DNA of 44,643 nt from Actinomycetota bacterium (GTDB lineage Bacteria; Actinomycetota; Acidimicrobiia; Acidimicrobiales; Aldehydirespiratoraceae): contig JBCBYI010000002.1 in assembly GCA_039815945.1 (NCBI GenBank), positions 1 through 44,643 of the forward strand, read 5' to 3'. The notes under the pieces are model-generated. The model ran no database searches and was not told the origin of the DNA. It saw only the letters and a list, made by a program, of their open reading frames with translations. Below, one piece after another: positions 29,275 through 38,000 of this stretch (its first letter is position 1; each line of letters begins with the position of its first letter). The translations under genes were made by a program, and so were the position numbers.

Positions 29275-30525
29275 ATGTCCGGTGCCGCCGAACCCGTCGT
29301 TCGCGACACCACTCGATTCTCGGGCTGGCGGATCATGGCCCTGGCCACGATCACGCTGGGGCTCACCGGGCCCGGGCAGACGATCGGCGTCAGCGTCTTC
29401 ATCGACCACTTCGCCGACACGCTCGATCTCTCGAAGAACGCGATCTCGGCGGGCTATGCGATCGGCACGTTGTGCGGCTCTCTCACCCTGCCGACGGTCG
29501 GCCGACTGGTCGACCGCTACGGGGTCCGCAAGGCGATGACCACGATCGGTGCCCTGTTCGCGCTCGGGCTCACGTACATGTCGGGGGTCCAAGGTCTCGT
29601 CACCCTCACCATCGGCTTCTTCTTCATCCGCATGCTCGGCCAGGGGTCGCTGTCGTTGGCGTCGACGGTCGCCATCTCCCGCTGGTTCGACCGCCGCCGC
29701 GGCTTCGCCCTCGGCATCGCGATGACCGTGTCGTCGGCGCTGATGGCACTCGTGCCGGTCGTGCTCTCGTTCGTGATCGACGAGGTCGGCTGGCGACAGG
29801 CCTGGCTCGTCGCAGCGGGCGCGATCGCGCTCGTCGTCGTGCCGATCTCGTGGTTCGGGATCATCGACCGTCCCTCGGCCGTCGGGCAGTTCCCCGACGG
29901 CGAACCGCCCGTCGACGAAGACGACATCGTCGAGGAGTGGGGAGTCGAGCGCAGCGTCGCGGTCCGCACCCGGGCGTTCTGGATCCTCGCACTCGCGACC
30001 GCGCTGGCGTCGATGCTCGTCACCGCACTCAACTTCCACCAGATCGCGCTGCTGGGCGAGAGCGGCTTCACCGAGACCGAAGCGGCGATCATGTTCCTGC
30101 CCCAGGTGCTCGGCTCCTCGGTCGGCTCCCCGGGCATGGGCCTCGCCCTCGACCGCATCGGCACCCGCTACGCGCCAGCGGTGACGCTGGTGATGCTCTC
30201 GGGATCGCTGCTGCTCGCTGGCTGGGTCGCGTCGACCGCCGGTGTGATCCTCTACGCCGTGTGGCTGGGCCTGCAGTCGGGCATGGTCCGCACCCTCGGC
30301 GCCGCCTTGCTCCCCGCCTGGTTCGGCACCCGCCACCTCGGATCCATCCAGGGAACGATGAGCTTCATCGGCGTGCTCGCCTCGGCGGCGGGCCCGATCG
30401 CGTTCTCGCTCACCGAATCCGCCACCGATTCGTTCCGCACCGCAGCCACACTGTGGGCGCTCGCACCGTTGCTCGCCATGGTGTTCGCCCTGTCGAAGCG
30501 ACCGATCACCACCCAAGCCTCATGA
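29275..30525 (+). CDS. MFS transporter
   Basis: 416-aa ORF with about 12 hydrophobic segments. The MFS loop 2-3 motif is GRLVDRYGVRK. Confidence 0.9.
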   Translation: MSGAAEPVVRDTTRFSGWRIMALATITLGLTGPGQTIGVSVFIDHFADTLDLSKNAISAGYAIGTLCGSLTLPTVGRLVDRYGVRKAMTTIGALFALGLTYMSGVQGLVTLTIGFFFIRMLGQGSLSLASTVAISRWFDRRRGFALGIAMTVSSALMALVPVVLSFVIDEVGWRQAWLVAAGAIALVVVPISWFGIIDRPSAVGQFPDGEPPVDEDDIVEEWGVERSVAVRTRAFWILALATALASMLVTALNFHQIALLGESGFTETEAAIMFLPQVLGSSVGSPGMGLALDRIGTRYAPAVTLVMLSGSLLLAGWVASTAGVILYAVWLGLQSGMVRTLGAALLPAWFGTRHLGSIQGTMSFIGVLASAAGPIAFSLTESATDSFRTAATLWALAPLLAMVFALSKRPITTQAS

Positions 30526-31175
30526 ACGACGCACTCCCCCGTCCCCGCCTCCGCGGCGTCTCACATCAGTACGCCTTCGTTTCGGCGCTCACGCTGGCGC
30601 CGCTGATGATCGTCGTCACGCCCGGCGTCGGCCCTCGGTTCGTCACCGCGGTGTACGTGTTCGCGGTCGTCGGACTCTTCGGCATCAGCGCCCTCTATCA
30701 CCGCGGCAATTGGGGCGAGCGGGGCCGGGCGATCATGAAGCGGCTCGACCACTCGATGATCTTCGTGGCGATCGCCGCGACCTACACCCCGATCGCGGTG
30801 TTCGCCCTCGACGGCGACACGGCTCGTTGGATCCTGCCGACGGTGTGGATCGGTGCGGCGCTCGGGATCGTGGCGAACCTGGTGTGGACCGATGCGCCGT
30901 ACCCCGTGGTGGCGGCCCCCTACGTTGCGCTCGGATGGGTCGGCGTCGTCGCCCTGCCGGCCGTGCTCGACGGGCTCGGCGTGGCCGGGTTCGTGTTGAT
31001 CGTCGTCGGCGGTGGCCTCTTCTCGATCGGTGCGATCTTCTACGCGCTGCACCGCCCCAACCCGTGGCCCCGGTGGTTCGGCTACCACGAGATCTTCCAC
31101 CTCTTCGTGATCGCCGGCGTCGCCGTCCACTATGTCGCCGTCGCCTTCTTCGCCGTCCCCCAGGCCACCGCCTGA
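30522..31175 (+). CDS. trhA: Hemolysin III / PAQR-family membrane protein (TrhA-like)
   Basis: The ATG at 30522 overlaps the MFS stop (ATGA). Seven TM segments. PAQR motifs: SALYHRGNW, LDHSMIFVAIAATYTP and GYHEIFHLFVIAG. Confidence 0.9.
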   Translation: MNDALPRPRLRGVSHQYAFVSALTLAPLMIVVTPGVGPRFVTAVYVFAVVGLFGISALYHRGNWGERGRAIMKRLDHSMIFVAIAATYTPIAVFALDGDTARWILPTVWIGAALGIVANLVWTDAPYPVVAAPYVALGWVGVVALPAVLDGLGVAGFVLIVVGGGLFSIGAIFYALHRPNPWPRWFGYHEIFHLFVIAGVAVHYVAVAFFAVPQATA

Positions 31176-31178
31176 CAT

Positions 31179-31211
31179 GGAGACACTTCGTACCTGACAC
31201 GAAGTGTCTCC
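31179..31211 (+). terminator. Perfect 12-bp stem / 9-nt loop hairpin, 4 nt after the trhA stop
   Basis: GGAGACACTTCG-tacctgaca-CGAAGTGTCTCC. The stem looks less GC-rich than its surroundings. There is no U-tract, which is common in high-GC actinobacteria. Confidence 0.55.
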
Positions 31212-31226
31212 AACTTCGGAAAACGG

Positions 31227-31265
31227 CGACGACCCGCCGACGCTGAGCGCCTGACGGGTCGTCGG
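31227..31265 (-). terminator. 10-bp stem hairpin downstream of the enoyl-CoA hydratase gene (convergent spacer)
   Basis: CGACGACCCG-(19 nt)-CGGGTCGTCG. It lies 33 nt beyond the minus-strand stop at 31298. Confidence 0.4.
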
Positions 31266-31297
31266 GTCCTTCTGGAGGAGGGATCTCGTGGGTCGGC

Positions 31298-32050
31298 TCA
31301 GGTGCCGGTCCAGTTGGGTTCGCGCTTCTCCGCGAACGCCTTGGGACCTTCCTTGGCGTCGTTGCTGGCGAACACCGGGCCCATGAGTTCGCCCTGCAGC
31401 TTCCACAGCTCCGCCTCGTCGTAGCCCTGCGCCGCGGCCTTCACCAGCTTCTTGCTGGCAGCCACCGCGAGCGGAGCGTTCTTGGCGATCCGTTCGGCGA
31501 GCGCGATCGCGGCGTCGAGCGCGCCGCCATCGGCGGTGGTCTGCGAGAGCAGACCGAACTCGAGCGCTTCGGGGGCGGTGATGTTGTCGCCGGTGACGGC
31601 CATCTCCATCGCCTTGGCGTAGCCGACCCGCGCCGGGAGGCGCATCACGCCACCACCGGCGGCGAAGAGGCCGACCTTGACCTCCCGGATCCCGAACTTG
31701 GCGCTCTCGCCTGCGACCATGAGGTCACACGACAGCGCCAGCTCGAGACCACCCGCGATGGCGAAGCCCTCGACGGCCGCGATCAGCGGCTTCTCGGCAC
31801 CAGCCTGGATGAACTCCTGCATCGGACCGATGTCCTCGCCGGCCGCGAAGGCCTTGAGATCCATGCCCGAGCTGAAGCCCTTGCCGGCTCCGGTCAAGAC
31901 GCCGGCGGTGAGGCCCGGGTCGTCGTTGAGTTCCTGGGTCGCGTTCCAGAGGCCATGCGAGAGGTCGCCGTTGATGGCGTTCATCGCCTCGGGCCGGTTC
32001 AGGGTGATGATCATCACCCGACCACGACGTTCGGTCAGGACGGCGCTCAC
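31298..32050 (-). CDS. Enoyl-CoA hydratase/isomerase (crotonase family)
   Basis: The GTG at 32048-32050 overlaps the upstream stop by 4 nt. Crotonase motifs: RGRVMIITLNRPEAMNAI ... VLTGAGKGFSSGMDLKAF ... PLIAAVEGFAIAGGLELALSCDL. Confidence 0.9.
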   Translation of the reverse strand: MSAVLTERRGRVMIITLNRPEAMNAINGDLSHGLWNATQELNDDPGLTAGVLTGAGKGFSSGMDLKAFAAGEDIGPMQEFIQAGAEKPLIAAVEGFAIAGGLELALSCDLMVAGESAKFGIREVKVGLFAAGGGVMRLPARVGYAKAMEMAVTGDNITAPEALEFGLLSQTTADGGALDAAIALAERIAKNAPLAVAASKKLVKAAAQGYDEAELWKLQGELMGPVFASNDAKEGPKAFAEKREPNWTGT

Positions 32051-32826
32051 TTCGGTGGCATCCGGATGCCGCCGTCGAGACGGATGGTCTCGGCGTTGAG
32101 GTACGGGTTGGTGATGCACTCCATCACGGCGAAGGCGAGTTCCTCGCCCGAACCGAGGCGCTTGGGGAACAGCACCGACTGGCCGAGGTGGGCCTTGAAC
32201 GCCTCGGACTGCTCACCCTCGCCGTAGATCGGCGTGTCGATCAGGCCGGGGGCGATCGTGTTCACTCGAATGCCGACCGCGGAAAGGTCACGGGCAATCG
32301 GCAGGGTCATGCCGACCACGCCGCCCTTGGAGGCGGAGTAGGAGCACTGACCGATCTGACCGTCGAACGCAGCGGCCGACGCCATGTTGACGATCGAACC
32401 GCGGCTGCCGTCGTCGTCGACCGGGTCGGTCTGGGCCATCGCCGAGGCGCACTGGCTCAGCATGTTGAACGAGCCGATCAGGTTGACCTTGACCACGAAC
32501 GAGAAGGTGTCGAGATCGAACGGCTGGTTGTTGCGGTCGATGGTGCGACCGGCCATGCCGATGCCGGCGGAGTTGACGAGCGAGCGCAGCGGACCCATCT
32601 CCGACGCGGCGGCCACGGCGGCCTGGGCGTCCTCGACGGAGCTGACGTCGCACTTCACGAAGAGGCCACCGAGCTCGGATGCGACGGCCTGACCCTTCTC
32701 CTCGTTGAGGTCGGCGATGACGACGCGGGCGCCGGCGGCGGCCAGCTGGCGGGCCGCAGCCTCGCCGATGCCGGACGCACCGCCGGTGATGACGGAGGAC
32801 GAGCCCTCCAGGTTCATACGGGGCAT
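32047..32826 (-). CDS. SDR-family 3-hydroxyacyl-CoA dehydrogenase (type II HADH-like)
   Basis: ATG at 32824-32826. Rossmann motif: VITGGASGIGEAAARQLA. NSAG is present. The catalytic YSASK is followed by IRVNTIAPGLIDTP. Confidence 0.85.
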   Translation of the reverse strand: MPRMNLEGSSSVITGGASGIGEAAARQLAAAGARVVIADLNEEKGQAVASELGGLFVKCDVSSVEDAQAAVAAASEMGPLRSLVNSAGIGMAGRTIDRNNQPFDLDTFSFVVKVNLIGSFNMLSQCASAMAQTDPVDDDGSRGSIVNMASAAAFDGQIGQCSYSASKGGVVGMTLPIARDLSAVGIRVNTIAPGLIDTPIYGEGEQSEAFKAHLGQSVLFPKRLGSGEELAFAVMECITNPYLNAETIRLDGGIRMPPK

Positions 32827-33998
32827 CAGGAATCGATCCTTTCGATGATCGTGGCGTTCGCGAGCCCGCCGCCTTCGCACATGGCCTGGAAGCCATAGCG
32901 ACCGCCGGTGCGCTCGAGTTCGTTGACGAGGGTGGTCATCAGCTTGGCGCCGGAGCAGCCGAGCGGGTGACCGAGAGCGATGGCACCACCGTTGACGTTG
33001 ACCTTGTCGAGATCGACACCGGTCTCCTTGTGCCAGGCGAGCACGACCGAGGCGAACGCTTCGTTGATCTCGAAGAGGTCGATGTCGTCGAGGGTGATCT
33101 CGGCCTTGTCCATGATCTTCTCGGTGACCGGAATCGGACCCTTCAGCATGGTGACCGGGTCGGTGCCGGCGAGCGCGAAGTTGGTGAACCGGGCGCGGGG
33201 CTTCAGGCCGAGCTCGGCGGCCTTCTCGGCGCTCATGATCAGCACGGCAGCGGCGCCGTCGGAGATCTGCGACGAGTTGCCGGCGGTGATCTTGCCGTCC
33301 TCGGCGAAGGCGGGCTTCAGGTTGGCGAGCGTCTCCGACGTGGTGTCGGGGCGGATGCCCTCGTCCTGGGTGAACATCTCGGCGGTGCCGTCGACGTCGA
33401 TGGGGACCGGGACGATCTCGCGCTCGAAGCGGCCCTCGGCGGTGGCCTGGGCGGCGCGCTGCTGGCTCTGGGCGGCGAAGGCGTCGAGATCCTCACGGGT
33501 GAGGCCGTACTCGTCGGCGATCATGTCGGCGCCGATGCCCTGGGGCGGCAGGCCGCTCTCCTCGTAGCGCTCGAAGACCTGCGGACCGAACGGCATGCCG
33601 AGCTGGCCGCCGCCGGACGAGGCCCCCATCGGGGTGCGGGTCATCGACTCGACGCCGAGGGCGACGACGACGTCGTAGGCGCCGGCCATGACGCCCTGGG
33701 CGGCGAAGTGGATCGCCTGCTGGCTCGAACCGCACTGGCGGTCGACCGTGGTGGCAGGAACGGACTCGGGCCACCCGGCGGCGAGCACCGAGCTGCGACC
33801 GATGTTGAACGCCTGCTCGCCCACCTGCGAAACGCACCCGGTCACGACGTCGTCGACGAGCGACGGGTCGAGATCGTTGCGCTCCTGGAGCGCCTTCAGA
33901 ACGTGGGCACCCAGGTCGACCGGGTGCCAGTCCTTGAGCTTGCCGTTGCGGCGCCCGGCAGGCGTCCGCACGACGTCGACGATGACAGCCTCGTGCAT
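32826..33998 (-). CDS. Acetyl-CoA C-acyltransferase (thiolase)
   Basis: 390-aa ORF. Thiolase signatures: VDRQCGSSQQA (active-site Cys), NEAFASV, GGAIALGHPLGCSGA and CEGGGLANA. Confidence 0.93.
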   Translation of the reverse strand: MHEAVIVDVVRTPAGRRNGKLKDWHPVDLGAHVLKALQERNDLDPSLVDDVVTGCVSQVGEQAFNIGRSSVLAAGWPESVPATTVDRQCGSSQQAIHFAAQGVMAGAYDVVVALGVESMTRTPMGASSGGGQLGMPFGPQVFERYEESGLPPQGIGADMIADEYGLTREDLDAFAAQSQQRAAQATAEGRFEREIVPVPIDVDGTAEMFTQDEGIRPDTTSETLANLKPAFAEDGKITAGNSSQISDGAAAVLIMSAEKAAELGLKPRARFTNFALAGTDPVTMLKGPIPVTEKIMDKAEITLDDIDLFEINEAFASVVLAWHKETGVDLDKVNVNGGAIALGHPLGCSGAKLMTTLVNELERTGGRYGFQAMCEGGGLANATIIERIDS

Positions 33999-34020
33999 GA
34001 GGTCTCTCTCCTTGTAGTGC

Positions 34021-34539
34021 TCAGGCTGCGCCTGAGGGCTCGCTCAGGCCGTCGGCCTGAGATTGCTGGGGGTTGGGGGTTTGCAAGATGGCGTCGACGT
34101 TGGTGCCGAGCCGTTCGAGGAGGGACGCCAACTGTTGGCGCTCCTCCCGACTGATGTCGCGGCGGATGTCGGAGCGGAACTCCTGGTCCACGGCGTAGAA
34201 CTGTTCGACGAGGGCCGAGCCGTCGTCGGTGATGCCGACGAGCCAGACCCGTCGATCCTTGGGGTCGGGATTGCGGGTGACGAGACCGCGGCCTTCGAGC
34301 TGGTCGATCATCGAGCCGCACGACGCTCGCCCCACGCCGACGAGCTCCGCGAGTTCGGTCTGGTTGGTGCCGCCGAAGTCGTTGACGAAGGCGAGCAGCG
34401 AGGCCTGGTTGAGATTGAGGTCGAGCTCGGCGAGGCGGTGATCGAAGGCGCTGCGGAGCCGCCGGGCGGTGTCGATCAGCGCGATCTCGACGCGGCGCCA
34501 CGACGGGGCGGTGCGAGCGAGGTGGTCGGTCGACGTCAT
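34021..34539 (-). CDS. MarR-family transcriptional regulator
   Basis: Preferred ATG at 34537-34539 (MTSTDHLART), with an alternative ATG at 34557. MarR wHTH: LNLNQASLLAFVNDFGGTNQTELAELVGVGRASCGSMIDQLEGRGLVTRNPDPKDRRVWLVGITDDG. It lies 22 nt upstream of the thiolase gene. Confidence 0.88.
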   Translation of the reverse strand: MTSTDHLARTAPSWRRVEIALIDTARRLRSAFDHRLAELDLNLNQASLLAFVNDFGGTNQTELAELVGVGRASCGSMIDQLEGRGLVTRNPDPKDRRVWLVGITDDGSALVEQFYAVDQEFRSDIRRDISREERQQLASLLERLGTNVDAILQTPNPQQSQADGLSEPSGAA

Positions 34540-34545
34540 CAGAAC

Positions 34546-34559
34546 GTATGTTGGCATAC
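34546..34559. promoter_or_regulatory. Short inverted repeat GTATG-N4-CATAC immediately upstream of the MarR start (candidate autoregulatory operator)
   Basis: gtatgttggcatac has 5-bp perfectly complementary arms. It is short, so it could occur by chance. Confidence 0.2.
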
Positions 34560-34726
34560 AGTCGAGCCTCTGACAATTCGGCTCCCGACAGTACGGCACC
34601 GGTCGGTCAAGTCGGGCCGGTGTGACTTTCGACCACGGCGCCCGCGCGCGCATTAGCCCTCGCCCCGGAATTACCTTTTGCGCACGGATCCAACCCGATC
34701 CAGTCTTCAAGAAGGAATCCCCCGCC

Positions 34727-34927
34727 ATGGCAAACGGCACCGTCAAGTTCTTCAACAACGAGAAGGGCTACGGATTCATCAGCCGCGACGACGGCGACGA
34801 TGTGTTCGTCCACTTCTCGAACATCGAGGGCAGCGGCTACCGCTCGCTCGAAGACGGCCAGCAGGTCGAGTTCGAAGTCGGCCCCGGCCGCAAGGGCGAC
34901 GAAGCCCTCAACGTCCGCGTCGTCTGA
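34727..34927 (+). CDS. cspA: Cold-shock protein (CspA family, S1-like CSD)
   Basis: [33 protein letters not shown] contains the RNP1 (KGYGFI) and RNP2 (VFVHF) motifs. GAAGGAA lies 9 nt upstream of the ATG. The spacer to the divergent marR gene is long (187 bp), so there is room for a long 5' UTR of the kind typical of csp genes. Confidence 0.95.
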   Translation: MANGTVKFFNNEKGYGFISRDDGDDVFVHFSNIEGSGYRSLEDGQQVEFEVGPGRKGDEALNVRVV

Positions 34928-34939
34928 CGCCCGAGTCGG

Positions 34940-34967
34940 GCGAGGTGGGTCGGGCGACCCACCTCGC
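34940..34967 (+). terminator. GC-rich hairpin, 13 nt after the cspA stop
   Basis: GCGAGGTGGGTCG-gg-CGACCCACCTCGC. The arms are 13 nt and exact reverse complements; the top pairs must open to form a loop. Confidence 0.5.
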
Positions 34968-35068
34968 TGATGACTCCGGCCCACGGTCACATGGCCGTGT
35001 GGTCCAAATCCCCTGATTTCGCGACACAACCCGTCAGTCGGCGTCCGCAAGCGCCGAAGGGACCCCCG

Positions 35069-38000
35069 ATGGGTTCTCAGAAGAGGTGTGTTGTGCCCCG
35101 ACTCCGGTTCCGCCGCGCTCTCGCGCTCCTTGCGACGTTCGCGGTCTTGACGACCGGCCTCGTCGTCGTCGATGTCGCCGATCCCGTGCCGGTGGCCGCG
35201 GGCGACGACGGCTCGCTCGACCTCGCCTTCGGCGGTCCTTCGGAGATCCTGCTCGGCGAGACGGCGACGTACTCGCTCGCCGCGACGAACAACGGTGGCG
35301 GCGGCGACCTCTACAACCTGTCGTGGCAGCTGATCCTCCCGGCCGGTGCAGCCGTGACTGCGAGCGACCTGGGCGAGCCGACCATCGAGGTCGCCGACTC
35401 CCCCGCCGCCGGACAGACCACCCTGGTCTGGACCAACATCGAGGACCTCCAGGTCAACGTGACCAAGAGCCACGAGGTCACCGTGAGCTACGCCCACCCC
35501 ACGTGGGACGTCGCCGGGATCCCGTCGATCACCGCCGGCGCGTTCGCCTCCGGCGACGCACGACAGGTACCCGACTTCAACGCCGACGGTTCGCACAACG
35601 ACACCAGCGACACGACGGCGTTCGACACGCAGAGCAACGCGACCGAGATCACCGCTGTCCGCATCACCAAGGACGAACCCAACGCCGAGTCCGAACTCCT
35701 GCGCGGCGTGCACGACGAGTTCACGACCTACACGCTCACCATCCAGAACAACTTCCTCAACGTCACCGACACGATCGTCGTCGAAGACTGGCTGCCGGCC
35801 GGGGTCGAGTTCCTCGGCTGCCGCTCCGTCGACAACACCAGCGCGTCGCCCGTGACCAACACCGGCGGGGTGACCTTTGACGAGTACGTGGGCTCGGGTT
35901 CGCTCATCGACGCCCCGGTCAGTGCGCTCCCGGCACCATGTTTCGAACCCGACTTCGTCGAGACCCGAACCCTGACGGCCGACGAGGTCGCGCCCGGTTC
36001 CGCTCCCGGCGTCTACACCTACGTCCGCTGGGACGTCGACGCCGGTGCCGGCATCGACCCGGGCGACGACGGCAGCCTCACCGCCGGCGAAACCTTCGAC
36101 ATCCAATACTCGGCCGGCATCCCGCTTCGCCAGAACGAGATGTTCACCGTCGATCCCGGAACGGCCGGCGAGCAGATCGCCAACCTCGACAACAACACCG
36201 GTGCGCTGACCGCCGACGAGCAGCAGTGGACCAACTGGGCACGCGTCGAGGGCTTCTACCGCGGCCCGAACGCCGGCCCGTCGAGCGACACCGACAGCGA
36301 GATCGTCATCGCCGAGGACCTCTCGATCCACAAGTCGGTCGATGACGGCGTCTTCGTCCAGCGCGAGGAACCACGCTGGACCCTCTTCATCGAGACCGGC
36401 GAGTACCGAGACGCCGAGGATCTCGTCGTGGTCGACACCGTGCCCGACGGTCTCTGCCCGATCGTGACCGGTGGCTGCGCCGGCACCGCAGCGGCCCCGA
36501 CCGTCGGTGGCGTCACCGACCAGCCCGACATCGTCACCGAGAACACCGACGGTTCGTGGACCCTCACGTGGAACACGATCCCCGACCTGACCCCGAGCGA
36601 CGATCTCACCATCGAGTTCTCGACCGTCGTCCGTGGCGCCTACCAGGAGGGCTTCGCCGATGACACGCCTGTGGTCGGTGGCGACTACTGGACCAACACC
36701 GTCGACATCACCGGCGCGACCGATCCGATCCCGGACGCGCCCGATCGCGCGGGTGAGCCCGACACGATCGACGCGTCGTCGGCCGGCCAGGTCTCCGAGA
36801 CCGTCGACATCGTGAAGTCGATCAGTGCTCCTGCCGCGGCCGGCGATCCGCTGAGCTGTGACACCGCGAGCTGGATCGTCTCCGGCGACGCCCCGGTCGG
36901 ATTCAAGCCTGGCGACCGCGTCTGCTATCGCCTGCAGGTCGACTTCACACTCGACCTCGACTTCCGCAACCCGCAGGTCACCGACTTCATCCCGCCGAAC
37001 ACCTCCTTCGAAGCGTTCTGGGGTGTCGATCCCGGCACGACCGACGCCGCCAGCGGTGTCACCGTCGGCAACCAGGCCCCGATCGGCGACGTCGAGCTGG
37101 TCGACTTCGGCCCGGGCGGGGTCGGCGACGGCAGCATCGACGCCATCGTGTGGTCGCTCGGCAGCGACATCACCGAGGACGACGGCACAGCGAACGCGGG
37201 CGATCTCTACATCGACGAGACGTCGGACCTCTTCGAAGTCGTCTTCTCCGTGATCGTCGCGGGCGATCCTCGAGACGCGAGCGAGTTCGACATCATCGAG
37301 AACCTCGCCAAGCTCACCCACCAGAACTCCGCCCATCTCGGCGGCGAGACCTACTCGAGCCGCGACCTCGCCGGCTTCCCGTTCGTCGAGCCGCACCTCG
37401 TCCTCGACAAGCGCAACGCCCCCGATGGCGACACCCCCGACGACGACCCGGAGTCCGGCGTCCAGGGCAGCGTCTTCGACTACTCGGTGACGATCTCCAA
37501 CGACGTCGCCACCACCGGCAGCGCAACCCAGGACGCTCATGCTGCCGCACTCGACATCAACGTGCTCGACACGCTGCCCCCGCTGATCGAGTGCAGCGAC
37601 GTCTCGGCCATCGCCGTCGCCGGACCCGACGGCGCGATCGCCGCGGTCTGCAACACGATCGGCACCCCGACCGACAGCGACACGATCAGCTCCACGATTC
37701 CCCGCCTCGATCCGGGCGAGACGGCGACGCTGACCTACACGATCACCGTGCCGACCGACATCGCTGCGGGCGCCACGCTCACCAACACGGCCGAAGTCCT
37801 CGACTTCGATCAGCAGACCGACAACCGCGGCGGCTCGCTCGAGTACGACCCGGGCGACAACATCGGCCCGCTCGAGGACACCGCAGTCGTCGACATCGTC
37901 GACGTGACCGTCGTGAAGGGGCAGACGTCGAGCGACGACGACACCGACGTCGGCGGGTCCGACGGCGGCGACCAGAACCGCAGCGGCGACGACAGTCAAG

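Noticed and set aside
34619-34637. A possible CRP-type site (TGTGActttcgaCCACg) in the marR/cspA spacer, noticed because a Crp/Fnr regulator is encoded in the window.
   Set aside because: The spacing between the GTG and CAC cores is 9 nt rather than the 8 nt of the TGTGA-N6-TCACA consensus. The right half-site also matches poorly. The evidence is not sufficient to call a site.
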